Source: a virus
Lineage: Duplodnaviria > Caudoviricetes
Length of the DNA stretch: 63,967 nt
Strand: one strand, 5' to 3'
Virus record (IMG/VR): IMGVR_UViG_3300031718_000009
Coordinates: 1 to 63,967 of that record
The translations under genes were made by a program, and so were the position numbers. The notes under the pieces were generated by a model, which saw only the letters and a list, made by a program, of their open reading frames with translations, made no database searches and was not told where the DNA came from. Of the stretch, positions 25,401 to 34,481 are shown in pieces; the first letter of the stretch is position 1; every line of letters starts with the position of its first letter.

Positions 25401-28400
25401 GATCGCCGACCGGCAGCTTCAAGTTGCTATTGGTGGGCAGAATGCGCGGCTCGCGACCAAGCATGTCCGTCATCCCAATGTCCGTCATATCGTCGAACAT
25501 GGCGGCGTACAGATTGGGTTTCTCCGTGACGAAAATAGGCGTCATCCCGTTACGGATGCCGTAACGAAGGAGACCGGCAAGAACGCGGCCCTTGCCGATG
25601 CCGGTTTGATCGCCGAGGATCAACGAGGCGCCACGCTCGATGTTGTCGATCGCGAGTCCGAGCGCATCGACCTGCTCGGCGGAATAGTGCTTGCCGAGAT
25701 CGGCGGCTTTGTAGCCAAGCTCGCTTGCAACATATTTGGCGATCGGACCGTGACGACTTTCGACGCGGGCGAGAGCGGCGTCCGAGGCGTCGCGCATGTT
25801 CCGCGGCGCGAGCGTGCCGAGTTTCATGCCGGACGTAGATTTCGGGCTATAGGCTACCTGATTTTCGGTTTCGGCTTCTTTCGGGGCCTCGGGTTGTGCT
25901 GGTGCGGCAGGAGCAGCCCGCGGCTGGCGTGGTTCCGGCTTGAGAACGAAATGAACCTCGTCGTCACCCCACGGGGCCGCGCTACGATTGCGCACGTCCG
26001 AAGGAAGCCCTTCCGGCATATCCAGACGGCCAAGGTTTATCTCGCGCGCTTTGCCAGCCTGTACGAGCCTTTCCTTGAAGCTCGCGAGCGTGCCGGCGTC
26101 TGGATATTTGCGCCCGTAGGCATCATAGACTTGGGAGATCGCGACGCGCGTAGGGAACGGCGGCGTTTCGAGCTTATAGGCCACGTCCTTGACGCGATCG
26201 GCGAAGCTTGGCTCCGGCGTGCTTACTCCAGGTGGCCGTCGTTCGGCAGCACGCGGAGCGCCATGTCCTCCGGGTCCTCCGCGCACAGGACGTTCGGCAG
26301 GTTCAGGTGCGGCAGGTGGTTCTCGATGCTCATGTTGTTGAGGAACATTTGTTGGCCGAAGTGCTCCGGGTTCGACTTCGGGTCGATGTTCGGTTCCAGC
26401 ATTCCCGCGTCCGACATCGATCGGTTTATCCGCCTGATCATGTCCGGGCGTTCCGACTGCGGGACTCGGTGCATTAACGTCTGCGCTCGCGCCGCTAACT
26501 GGCTGCGGATGGCTTGGTTGCTGGGCAACGGCTTTCTCCTTTACTTCGCCCCACGTCTTTAAAATGGGGGGCGCGGTCATCATCGGGTAGGGGAGCGCGG
26601 ATTTCCCGGCCCCGGAAATCGTGATTACATCGACCGGCCAGCCGGCGCCCTGCTTCTCGTAGAGGTCGCCCGCGACGGTGAAATGCCCATCGACATTGAA
26701 CTTGTCATAGAGTGTCTTAAAAAACTCGCGCTTGGTCTTCGATCCGTATGCCTTTGTTCTCGCTTCGTCGGACTTCGCCAACGGCGACGGCCCACCGAGG
26801 ATCAGGACGGCCCGCCCGTCCGGCTTCATCGCGGCAAGCGAGTTCAGCGCGATAGCATGATCGATCTCGCCAGTCTCATAGCCAGGCTGGAAACGCGATA
26901 GGTCAAAACGGTCCCCTGCACCACCTTCGCCGTGACGCACTCCAAAAGGAGGGTTAGCAAGTACAATATCGAACGGACCATCGTTTTGCTTGACCGCCGC
27001 TTCGGCTGTTGCAGGTTTCGAGGCATCTCCGGTCATAGCAAAGAAGCCCTGTGACTTCAATGCGTTTATCCGTCCTCGGTTCAATTCGTTGGCAACAGTA
27101 TCGACGGCGTGCGCCTCAATCAAGAGCGCGCCGTTGCCCGCGGACGGCTCGTAGACTGTCTTGTCCGGCGCGACGCCAGCGAGCCTCGAAGCGGCATAGG
27201 CGAGCGGGATCGGCGTCGAATAAGCCTGGTCGCGCATCGAGGACGAGGTTCGCGTTCCAAGCTTCGGCTGGTCGGCGTAGAGCTTGACGAGCCGGTCGAA
27301 AGTGTCCGCCGGATCGGCGCCGTGGATATTGACGATCTGGCGCGCGGCCTTGACGACGCCTAACTCGACATTTTCCTCGAACGCCTTGAGCTGGTTTGGG
27401 TCCTTGAGATCGTGGCCCGTGACCTTGGCGGCATTCTCGCGCGAGAGCGGGACACTCGCCAGAAGGTGCATTGCGATTTTATCGGCCGGCGTATGGACAG
27501 GTTCGCTCTGGCCGCTCGCGAGGACCAAGCGGCCGGTTTCGAGCGCGTTCTGGGTAGCGGCGGCAAGCGCAGCACTGTCCGCCATCCAGGGTTTTTTGAC
27601 CTGGGCTGATTGTGGCGGCTTTGTGGCTTCTCGTTCATTTAACGAGACTGGCGTGTGAGATAGAAATCCACCCTGATTTCTAACTTTTTCGGCATTCTCG
27701 CGCGCCTCTCGGTCCTTTAGCGCCTGCGGCGTCGCTTGATAGGCACCTACGCTTGGTGCCGCTTCCGGTGCGCCAGGAGCAGGGCTTTTGCCCAGCGCTG
27801 GTAGCGCAACTGGTCCGGTCCTCGCGACAGGCGGGCGAGGCTCTGGAGGCGCCTGAGCAAGGTTTTGTATTGGCTCGGGGGCAGCGGGGAGTTGTTCGCC
27901 ATCTTGGATGCCCTGAACTTTCGGATCGGCGAGCGCCGCCTCGATGACAGCGTGCTCGTACGCTTCGTCCGGCGCCATTCCTGAAGCTTGGTGCTGTTTG
28001 GCGGCGGCCGCGGCCGGCGGATCGATGTCGATCGGACGAAGGCCGAGGGGCGGCGCAATTCCCCGCACAATTTCTGGCGTTGATATTGCTGGCTTTTCGG
28101 CTAATTGCGCGGACGGCGCGGAATTCGGCGCATTTCCTGGCGCAATTGGCTCGAAGCCTTCCGGCAGCGTACCTGACGGTTTGGCAAACGGCTTCTTGGC
28201 CTGCCCGCTCGCCAGCCATGTTTTGAGCTGGTCGATCGGGACTTCGGTAATTCCACCGATACGCTGCGGTGCGGAGCCGTCCGGGAAGGCCGCATCGTAG
28301 ATGCGCGTAGCCTCAGTTACGTTATCGACGCCTGCGACGATCTTGTGCTCGTCAAATTTTCCCGTCGCCGGGTCGTTCTGGTCGATAACGAATGCTTTTC

Positions 28401-29538
28401 CGTTCGGCCCTTTGTCGCCGAGGAAAATATCGACCTGATCGCCATCCTTACCGACTGAGCCCTTCAGATACCCGTAGTCCGCCGGGAGCACGGAGCTCCA
28501 TGGGGCGCCGGTCGGATCGACGCCTGACCGGATCGAGCCCTTGGGATTTTCGATCGTGACGGGGAGCCCGTCATAATTCACATGGCCTTTCTGGTAATTC
28601 CCGGCTTCGGCTTGCGGCGGTGTTGGCGCGGTGTCTACGACGTTGCGCGCGGGCTCGATGTCTTCCGGCGCGGCGATCTTGGCCGGGGTTTGGCGAGTTC
28701 CGGTCTGAGCCTCCGCATTCGGCGGTTGAACTGCTTCTTGGACTTCTGGCGGTTGTGGCGGGGCATTCGCAGCGGCCTGTGGCGGCGCGATCTGCACCGG
28801 GGGACCGCCAGCTTCTTTGTTTTTTATGAACTGGTCAATCTCTGCGCGTGTCTTTGCCCCAGCCGCGCGCGCTGAGGCGATATCCGCCTCGTTCAAGAAA
28901 CGTTCTACATCGGTTCCTTGGATGTCCGTTGGTTGTCCAACCGCTGTGGACAATTTCCCAGCGGCATGTCCAGTCGCCAATTGAGCGGCGAGCTGTGCCG
29001 CGGTCTTAAATCCCTCCGGCGCCGCCTCTGCGGCTGCCCCGCCGGCGCCGCCCGCCGCAGCGCCGATCGCAGCCGTCGTTGCCGTTGGCGCGCCGGTGAT
29101 CGCCTGTGTCGTTTCTAGGGCCGGTCCAGCGAGCGTTCCGGCCTTGCCGAGCAGCCCAACGGCAGTTGCCGGTAGGGTAGCGGCCGCGGCGCCATAACCG
29201 GTCGCATGGGCGATCTTCTCGGCCGTCGTCGCGTCTGGTGCGAGATCAGGGTTGATGCCGACCTGACGCTCAATCTCTCGCAACCACGCCGAGCCCATGA
29301 TGGGCGCCGGGTTGGTTTGCAGACCAACTCCGCGCAATGCCGTGTTGGCGATATCGACCGGAAGCCCGGCTATTCCCGCAATGGCGGCGTTAGGACCGGC
29401 TGCCGCGGCACCGAGCAGCCCGCGCGCCGTGGTTTGGCGGGGCGGCGGCGGGTAGAGTTTGTCATCGACGTATTCAAAGTCGGGAGGGAGAGGATGTTGA
29501 GGCGGCGGCGCAAATTCGGCGAAGAAATTGGCGCTCAT
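22423..29538 (-). CDS. DarB-like polyvalent virion protein, 2,371 aa: inorganic-pyrophosphatase-like domain, N6-adenine MTase and Strawberry-notch SF2 helicase
   Basis: GNYQKGH..IENPKGS.R..DYGY..DGDQVD; QAYSTP, YEPSAGNG and NPPF; GDQTGIGKGR, FDESHN, YSSATYAK, GISLH and QMLGRV.RTGQ. The ATG at 29538 is ATGA-coupled. Confidence 0.9.
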   Translation of the reverse strand: MSANFFAEFAPPPQHPLPPDFEYVDDKLYPPPPRQTTARGLLGAAAAGPNAAIAGIAGLPVDIANTALRGVGLQTNPAPIMGSAWLREIERQVGINPDLAPDATTAEKIAHATGYGAAAATLPATAVGLLGKAGTLAGPALETTQAITGAPTATTAAIGAAAGGAGGAAAEAAPEGFKTAAQLAAQLATGHAAGKLSTAVGQPTDIQGTDVERFLNEADIASARAAGAKTRAEIDQFIKNKEAGGPPVQIAPPQAAANAPPQPPEVQEAVQPPNAEAQTGTRQTPAKIAAPEDIEPARNVVDTAPTPPQAEAGNYQKGHVNYDGLPVTIENPKGSIRSGVDPTGAPWSSVLPADYGYLKGSVGKDGDQVDIFLGDKGPNGKAFVIDQNDPATGKFDEHKIVAGVDNVTEATRIYDAAFPDGSAPQRIGGITEVPIDQLKTWLASGQAKKPFAKPSGTLPEGFEPIAPGNAPNSAPSAQLAEKPAISTPEIVRGIAPPLGLRPIDIDPPAAAAAKQHQASGMAPDEAYEHAVIEAALADPKVQGIQDGEQLPAAPEPIQNLAQAPPEPRPPVARTGPVALPALGKSPAPGAPEAAPSVGAYQATPQALKDREARENAEKVRNQGGFLSHTPVSLNEREATKPPQSAQVKKPWMADSAALAAATQNALETGRLVLASGQSEPVHTPADKIAMHLLASVPLSRENAAKVTGHDLKDPNQLKAFEENVELGVVKAARQIVNIHGADPADTFDRLVKLYADQPKLGTRTSSSMRDQAYSTPIPLAYAASRLAGVAPDKTVYEPSAGNGALLIEAHAVDTVANELNRGRINALKSQGFFAMTGDASKPATAEAAVKQNDGPFDIVLANPPFGVRHGEGGAGDRFDLSRFQPGYETGEIDHAIALNSLAAMKPDGRAVLILGGPSPLAKSDEARTKAYGSKTKREFFKTLYDKFNVDGHFTVAGDLYEKQGAGWPVDVITISGAGKSALPYPMMTAPPILKTWGEVKEKAVAQQPSHPQPVSGASADVNAPSPAVGTPGHDQADKPIDVGRGNAGTEHRPEVEPGALRPTNVPQQHEHREPPAAPEPAERPVRGGPGGHGAPRAAERRPPGVSTPEPSFADRVKDVAYKLETPPFPTRVAISQVYDAYGRKYPDAGTLASFKERLVQAGKAREINLGRLDMPEGLPSDVRNRSAAPWGDDEVHFVLKPEPRQPRAAPAAPAQPEAPKEAETENQVAYSPKSTSGMKLGTLAPRNMRDASDAALARVESRHGPIAKYVASELGYKAADLGKHYSAEQVDALGLAIDNIERGASLILGDQTGIGKGRVLAGLLRYGIRNGMTPIFVTEKPNLYAAMFDDMTDIGMTDMLGREPRILPTNSNLKLPVGDQGTILKTPDGPEQEKQLRDIAATGNQQGSNRVGARLLDHDMIMTTYSQMQTVKGQNTARRDFLRSMAPNSIILFDESHNAGGAAVEKRIAKGKLPPPADRAEFARELVQKAKAVAYSSATYAKRPDSMRLYSKTDMRYAVSDMKDLGEAIKKGGVPMQQVVASALAESGQYLRRERSFDGIKYDMEVTPIDRELYAGFSRALRAINEFSKKAGKSVKDIDKQVKAEAAIAGQDASVGTAGAESTNFTSLMHNVVAQFLLASKAERAGQLAVEAINRGERPVIAVANTLESFVSDYMKQTGAKTGDLIRANFGDLLSRYLDRSRVVTIKKPFGAVEDKHTMTDEELGPEGLAAYHQAQAIINGLDFGKLPISPIDKIRQVISQAGHSVSEITGRNNTLDYGKGNIPRIGVRSPKEKSVAGRTQTVKDFNSGKLKALILNESGATGISLHDSEAFPESGRGQRAMIIAQAHPNITVHMQMLGRVLRTGQVSKPRYAHLGADVPAEKRPMAVLAKKLSSLNANTTADAKSGLSGKGAVDFLNHYGDEVVTQVMLDDMRAHIDLGEPLESLDPKDPDEDAARKTTGRIALLDPQDQERIYDAIESQYKAKIDDLDERGENALEAKHLDLQAKYEGGADISPKTGDSPFQAAVHVGTYDVKSARKPPKFDDVMKSAYAMLGREIVPKFAPLEALQTAGGKANTAMMTRADQAFNEYKSAMTAITKDPEVAAEQANRLADGREAMRDKLAVVFPGAILHTNNHETPLPDALVVGVKHEGKTINPYAASSWSAVLAMPGYGTRTVPFSQLTTGETGEANAMHVNPSKTSATEIAKLFDSFKSELREKRVIATGNLLAAYDLLHKVGQIAHFTMDDGTVRQGLMAPRAQTSHKEVVAGAVKKLREPREIIKYLEKPGGTAESADGAITITGHPSGGFLISIAGARQIGGKYFLDPGVLEALDRDEFIKRGSVMRALAPPDRATAVFEALIKAGANFQQAR

Positions 29539-29732
29539 CGCTGGCGCACCATCCAACACCACCAAGTCGGCGGGGGCTTCCAATCCGGGATTGAATAATC
29601 TATCATGCCAGGATCAACCCAGACCTCTGTCATCCCTAGAGCCGCCTTTATCCAATGGATTATTAACGCGACAAATAGAACACAATTGATGAAAACCAGA
29701 CAACGAAACAACAGACCATATTTATTCATCAT
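29535..29732 (-). CDS. Small membrane protein
   Basis: Hydrophobic N-terminal half; coupled to the giant gene. Confidence 0.5.
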   Translation of the reverse strand: MMNKYGLLFRCLVFINCVLFVALIIHWIKAALGMTEVWVDPGMIDYSIPDWKPPPTWWCWMVRQR

Positions 29733-29821
29733 TCCACCTTGACATTTCTCCATTTATACTGAATATAGTGAGTTGTTCATGCCTGACACGCGGAACAAAT
29801 CAGTATAAATGGAGAAGTAGA

Positions 29822-30040
29822 ATGTCAAAACATAAGCAAGTTCCGGCTGTTACCGAGGCCGCTAGGCAAGCGGGCGCTCAGCTCGCAACATGGAAGGCGG
29901 TCGAGGCTATGGGCCAAAGGGTCATGGCCGAATCCGAAAGGCTTACGCAGCGTGACGACTTCGCCGAATTCCTTCTTTCCGGCAGCGGATCGAAGGCTAT
30001 CGTCAGGATCGGCGGTTCGATCTTCAGGATCGAGGACTAA
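29822..30040 (+). CDS. Counter-oriented moron-like gene
   Basis: RBS GGAG; upstream TTGACA at 29739; downstream GC hairpin at about 30047-30077. Confidence 0.55.
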   Translation: MSKHKQVPAVTEAARQAGAQLATWKAVEAMGQRVMAESERLTQRDDFAEFLLSGSGSKAIVRIGGSIFRIED

Positions 30041-30218
30041 ACGAAGAACCGGGGCCGGCCTGTTGCCGGTCCCGGCTCGCCGCAAGCTGTCCGCACGGCG
30101 TGCCTTCGCAGCAATATGTGATGCCAGAGCCGCCGCACGCCGGACATGGGCCGTATCCATTCAATGTTGGGTATGGCCCGAAGACCAACCCTCGCCCGTG
30201 GCATTTTTCGCAAATCAT
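30024..30218 (-). CDS. Small CxxCxGxG zinc-finger protein
   Basis: CEKCHGRG...CPACGGSG...CCEG. Confidence 0.6.
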   Translation of the reverse strand: MICEKCHGRGLVFGPYPTLNGYGPCPACGGSGITYCCEGTPCGQLAASRDRQQAGPGSSFSPRS

Positions 30219-30220
30219 GG

Positions 30221-30622
30221 TTAATTCACGGTCTTTGAAGCATCAGGTTGCGGGTCAAGTATCTCATGTAGTCTCGCAACCATCACCGGGTCAGAGACTT
30301 TGTCGGCCCGCTTGAGAATGAGAAGCTGATCTTCATGCTTGATCACTGGATGGTCTTTCCCAAAAAGTGATATCGCAAGCGCCCCAGCCCGAGCGCTGTC
30401 AGGGTCATTGGGGATTGGCATGGCAAGAATCGATTGAATCGTGTTCCCGACCGTCATTTCCTCTAGTCTCGCGCAGCTTTTCCCGTCCTCTGAATTTTCG
30501 AGGCAGAGTTTTTTGACGGTCACTCCATCCGGCATGAAGATTTTGGCAGTTTGATCGACGGTCAAATCGACGGCGAAGGCCGGGGAAGAAAACAGAAATG
30601 CAGCGACGAAAAACTTTCTCAT
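30221..30622 (-). CDS. Fibre-associated accessory/chaperone-like protein with a signal peptide
   Basis: MRKFFVAAFLFSSPAFA|V; Cys pair; follows the fibre-like gene. Confidence 0.6.
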   Translation of the reverse strand: MRKFFVAAFLFSSPAFAVDLTVDQTAKIFMPDGVTVKKLCLENSEDGKSCARLEEMTVGNTIQSILAMPIPNDPDSARAGALAISLFGKDHPVIKHEDQLLILKRADKVSDPVMVARLHEILDPQPDASKTVN

Positions 30623-30634
30623 CTCAACCATCCT

Positions 30635-32299
30635 TTAGCAGTGTGTGACCAAGCCGCCCTTCGAGGAGAAGCTAGCTGTCGGCGATCCTGTTGCGCATGT
30701 GACCCCGGCCGTTCCAGCGGACGAGAAAATCCCGGTATTCGAAATGCTGGCCTCTGTGGTGCCGCCCGTCGTGCGGAAGGTCCATGAACCACCGGCGAGG
30801 TCATCGAAGAACATATTGGTTGAGGTTTGATCGAGCAGGATTTGGCCGCCGTTAGTCCCTGAATTTGTCCCCCAAAATACTTGCCCTGCTGTTGCTGGAA
30901 GCCCAAGTGTATTCAACTTCCCGTTGCCACTGCCGTCAATAGACGCGCCTGGGCTTTTCCACGCGAAATTCGTGATGGTTGTATTGCCGCCTCCGGTCAG
31001 ATCGAAGCCAGAGCCAATAGTCGCAACCTCGTTCGCCGTGGCAAGCAAAGTTCCCGTGGGCCCAACGCCAAGGCCGCCGAATCCATCCGTGCGTCCAAAC
31101 AGAATTCCTTGATTGGCTCCGACGCTCCCATTCGCGTTGAACATCCAAATGTTCGCGTCAACCACTGACCCGTGGGCCGTATCGCCGCCCAAGTGCGCGA
31201 GAAGAAGCATCGACTTGGACGAAACGCTTGACCCGTTCGCCGCGTTGATATCGAGCTCCAAGGATTGCAAGGAACCAACGAACGCCGCGAGCGGTCCCAG
31301 GGAGGCCGTCCCCCAAAGACCATAGTAATTCCCCTTGGGAGTGCCAACTGTTCCCCCATCTCCTGAGAGGGAATTGATCGAGCCCTGCGCGCCTACATAG
31401 TCGGGGAACGCATTATAAGATGCCGACGCAGCGGTTTGAGTGAGCGCCGCATAGAGCATGATGCGGCCGCCGGTCGCAGTTGATCCTCCAAAATTAGTGT
31501 CTTGAATTGTCTGCAAGTTCAGGAATGCGTTACCCGGTGCTCCAGATACCGCTAGCGTGTCAGTCGTTACATTCAAGGCGCTGATGGTCGCCGAAGTCGC
31601 CGTGCCGGCCGATCCAGTGGCAGAATACGTTGTGTTGATCCCTGGCACCGCGCCGGAGGCATAAGGCGTCGTTGGGGTCTGAGCGAGCGAGCCGGTTGAA
31701 GAGACAGTAAGTTGCGCGGCAGACCCGGCTGAAAGTGAGTTGAGAGTAGCGAGTCCAGTCGATAAGAATGTCGTCGCGTCAACAACCCCCGCAGCCGTGC
31801 AGCCGATGCACGGGGGAGACGCAAAAAGCGCCGTTACCCCTGCACCAGACAGCGCGCCCGTGACGGTTAGGTTCGTGAAGCTCGGCGACAAGGCAGCAAT
31901 GTCAGCCGCTACGAGCGCCCGGAACGCTGGCGCGACGGGCGAGCCAGTCGTTGGGCCAGCAAGGAGGGTATTCGCCGTAGCCGTGGCCGCGCCGGTCCCG
32001 CCATTGCCTGCCGCGATGACCAGCGGAACCCATGCGGTTCCACTCCATTTGTTGAGCAGGCCGTTTTGGACATTGCTCGCGTCAAACCATAGGTTTGTGA
32101 ACGGATCGAACTGATTCAGGATGGTGTTCAGGGAATTCGCGGTAATGCCGCCTGGAAGGCTAGGCGCGATGGCGGTATTGGTAGCGCCCTGTATTTGCGT
32201 CGGCGAGAGCGGAACAGAGTTCGGCGCTTGCGCATTGGCGATGCCGCTCAAGAGGATAATGAGCGGAAAGAACGCCTTGAGAACGGTCATTTTTCGCAT
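30635..32299 (-). CDS. Tail-fibre-like protein with a signal peptide
   Basis: MRKMTVLKAFFPLIILLSGIANA|Q; GNGGTG and LAGPTTG...PAFRALVAADI fibre motifs; GLVTHC end. The start is placed after the upstream stop. Confidence 0.65.
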   Translation of the reverse strand: MRKMTVLKAFFPLIILLSGIANAQAPNSVPLSPTQIQGATNTAIAPSLPGGITANSLNTILNQFDPFTNLWFDASNVQNGLLNKWSGTAWVPLVIAAGNGGTGAATATANTLLAGPTTGSPVAPAFRALVAADIAALSPSFTNLTVTGALSGAGVTALFASPPCIGCTAAGVVDATTFLSTGLATLNSLSAGSAAQLTVSSTGSLAQTPTTPYASGAVPGINTTYSATGSAGTATSATISALNVTTDTLAVSGAPGNAFLNLQTIQDTNFGGSTATGGRIMLYAALTQTAASASYNAFPDYVGAQGSINSLSGDGGTVGTPKGNYYGLWGTASLGPLAAFVGSLQSLELDINAANGSSVSSKSMLLLAHLGGDTAHGSVVDANIWMFNANGSVGANQGILFGRTDGFGGLGVGPTGTLLATANEVATIGSGFDLTGGGNTTITNFAWKSPGASIDGSGNGKLNTLGLPATAGQVFWGTNSGTNGGQILLDQTSTNMFFDDLAGGSWTFRTTGGTTEASISNTGIFSSAGTAGVTCATGSPTASFSSKGGLVTHC

Positions 32300-32303
32300 T
32301 GTT

Positions 32304-34481
32304 TTACTGCCCTGCCGCATAAGGTTGCATTTGGCCGGTATTCGGATTGTGGAGAACCAGCGGGCCACCATTTTTGTGGCGGGCGAGTCTCCAAGTGGCC
32401 GGAACCGCGGGTTCCGCTTGCTTTTGGTCCGGTTCGCCCTGTTGCATTTCGGCCGGCGTCATGGCGCGGATCGAGCCGCTAGCACCAGGCGCACCCTGTA
32501 GGGATTGCGGCGCGCGCGAGACGAGACCCAATATTTTCGATGTCGTCTCAGGCGGCGCACCAATATCGTGCATCTTGGCGGCGAATTGCTGTACCGCGAC
32601 GGGATCGGGGTTCAGGATGATCTTGCGCGCCTCGTTCAGGACGGCCCCACGCATGGCCGGGTCAACGTTCTTCACATAGCCAACCGCTTCCCGAATCAGC
32701 CAATGCGGATGTCCAAGAACAGCGGCCGCGCCGAGCTTAATCGATTGCCCTACGTCGCTGGCTGAACCCTGATCCTCGGCGATCCGCCGGGCCGTGTCCG
32801 GCCCTCCCAACGCTTGGCGCGTTGTTCGTGCCATGTCCGACTCTGCCTGCATCCTCTGCGCAAAGAGAGCATGACTGTCCTCGTCCGGGGCGATGATCTT
32901 AAGTTTCTGGCCAAGCGCCGTTCCTTTGACAACGGCATCGGGCAAGCCGTTCGTTCCTGGCGCGCGCGCGATCGTTTCGCGGAGCGAATTCCCGGCGCCA
33001 AGACGGAACATATTTTGCTCGCCTGGAGAAAGATCGTTGAAGTCGGAAGCGAGCTGTTCTCGCGTATAAGATGGATCGGCAAATTTGCTCCCGAGCGCGA
33101 GCGCATCCTTCATATCCGCGTCAGATTTCCAGACGGCGTTGGCCTGCTTGTAATTGTCGCTCTGATTATAGAGCTCGGAACGGAGGTCGTCGCTAATGGT
33201 CCTCATTCGTCCGGCAAGTTTCGGTTGACCAGAATCGTAAAGTTTCCCGATCTTATCGTCGAGGGCTTCCTTCATTGCCTGCCACGGCTCCAACGTCGAA
33301 AGATCAACTTGGCCACCGCCCAATTTTACGTAATGGGACGCCTTATCGTAGGCACCTGATTCCTGGAGACGAGGGATGAGCTGTGCCAAGGTATCATTCA
33401 TAGTGATCGGATCATTGGCGGCAGCGGCGTAAAGGGGCTTGCTTGCGGTCTTTTGCCTTTCCGTAATCGCTTTTTCCGCCGCTAGGCTGCCAGTATCGCC
33501 GTTACTTCCACCAAGGTAGTCCGCAACCGCCTGATCGTTTCGGACGCGCGCTCCCGTATCGAGCCCGTTACCGTACTGCCGCTCATTTAGAAATTCGCTT
33601 GTCGGCGCTCGGCCTTCCCCTGGCTGGCGTGAGATCGATCCAGGAAGGCCGCCGAGTTTGTCTTGCGCGGCGTCCGCGAGCGTGTAATCCGTCTGCCCGG
33701 CCGCGTGCATGGCAGCAACCTGGTCGGCTAGCGCCTGCGGATCGGCGCCGCCTTGCTGCAACCTGTCCTGGACCAGCTTTTCGCCGGCCGCCTCCGGCCT
33801 GAACGTTGCGCCGATGTGGCCTACGACGCGCCCGAATAGTTTACCGAGCAGCCCCAGCGTGCCACCGATCCCCGCAGTCGTCGCCCCGCCGGTTAACGCG
33901 CCCTCGGCTGCCGCGCGCGGCATATCGGCGCTCGTTGGGGCCGCGCCCGTGGAATTGAGGGCGCCATAGACCGCGCCGGTCGTGCCAAGATTGCCGAGCG
34001 TGCGCGCGGCGTTCGCGATCGTGCTGCCGCCCTTGGCGAGCGCAAGGGGTTCGGCCACCGGGAGCGCGAGACCAGCTCCAACGCCGCCAGTAATCTCACC
34101 GAGCCCATAAGCGCCAGGATGCGCTTTGTTGAAAAGCTCGCTTTCCGCGCGCTGTTCGTCGAATGCCTTATCGTAGGCTTGCGTGCCTCCGGTTCCAAAA
34201 AGTTTGGGCAAGAGATTTTCGCCGAGAAGCCGTCCGGCTCCAATCGCCGAATTGCCTGGACCGTAGGCTTGCCCCTCTTCTTGGAACGGCGACGCGGCGG
34301 ACATGGCCGCTATCCGGTCGTACCAATTCTGACCGCCACCTTGAAGCGCACCCTGCAAAAATGAGCCGGAAGTAGGGATATTCGAAGCCTTGAGAGCTGC
34401 TAGCCGTGCCTCCAACGGCGTCTGTGTCTGAAAATCTGGCGGTGGTGATGGCGCGAATTCGGCGAAGAAATTATCGTTCAT
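32304..34481 (-). CDS. Internal virion (ejection) protein
   Basis: Ala/Gly-rich and helical; position in the ejection cluster; GPDTARR motif. Confidence 0.65.
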   Translation of the reverse strand: MNDNFFAEFAPSPPPDFQTQTPLEARLAALKASNIPTSGSFLQGALQGGGQNWYDRIAAMSAASPFQEEGQAYGPGNSAIGAGRLLGENLLPKLFGTGGTQAYDKAFDEQRAESELFNKAHPGAYGLGEITGGVGAGLALPVAEPLALAKGGSTIANAARTLGNLGTTGAVYGALNSTGAAPTSADMPRAAAEGALTGGATTAGIGGTLGLLGKLFGRVVGHIGATFRPEAAGEKLVQDRLQQGGADPQALADQVAAMHAAGQTDYTLADAAQDKLGGLPGSISRQPGEGRAPTSEFLNERQYGNGLDTGARVRNDQAVADYLGGSNGDTGSLAAEKAITERQKTASKPLYAAAANDPITMNDTLAQLIPRLQESGAYDKASHYVKLGGGQVDLSTLEPWQAMKEALDDKIGKLYDSGQPKLAGRMRTISDDLRSELYNQSDNYKQANAVWKSDADMKDALALGSKFADPSYTREQLASDFNDLSPGEQNMFRLGAGNSLRETIARAPGTNGLPDAVVKGTALGQKLKIIAPDEDSHALFAQRMQAESDMARTTRQALGGPDTARRIAEDQGSASDVGQSIKLGAAAVLGHPHWLIREAVGYVKNVDPAMRGAVLNEARKIILNPDPVAVQQFAAKMHDIGAPPETTSKILGLVSRAPQSLQGAPGASGSIRAMTPAEMQQGEPDQKQAEPAVPATWRLARHKNGGPLVLHNPNTGQMQPYAAGQ

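Noticed and set aside
25075-26562. 495-aa + strand ORF and other long antisense ORFs
   Set aside because: These are shadow frames of GC-rich minus-strand genes with no recognisable motifs. Only the LAGLIDADG antisense ORF is supported.
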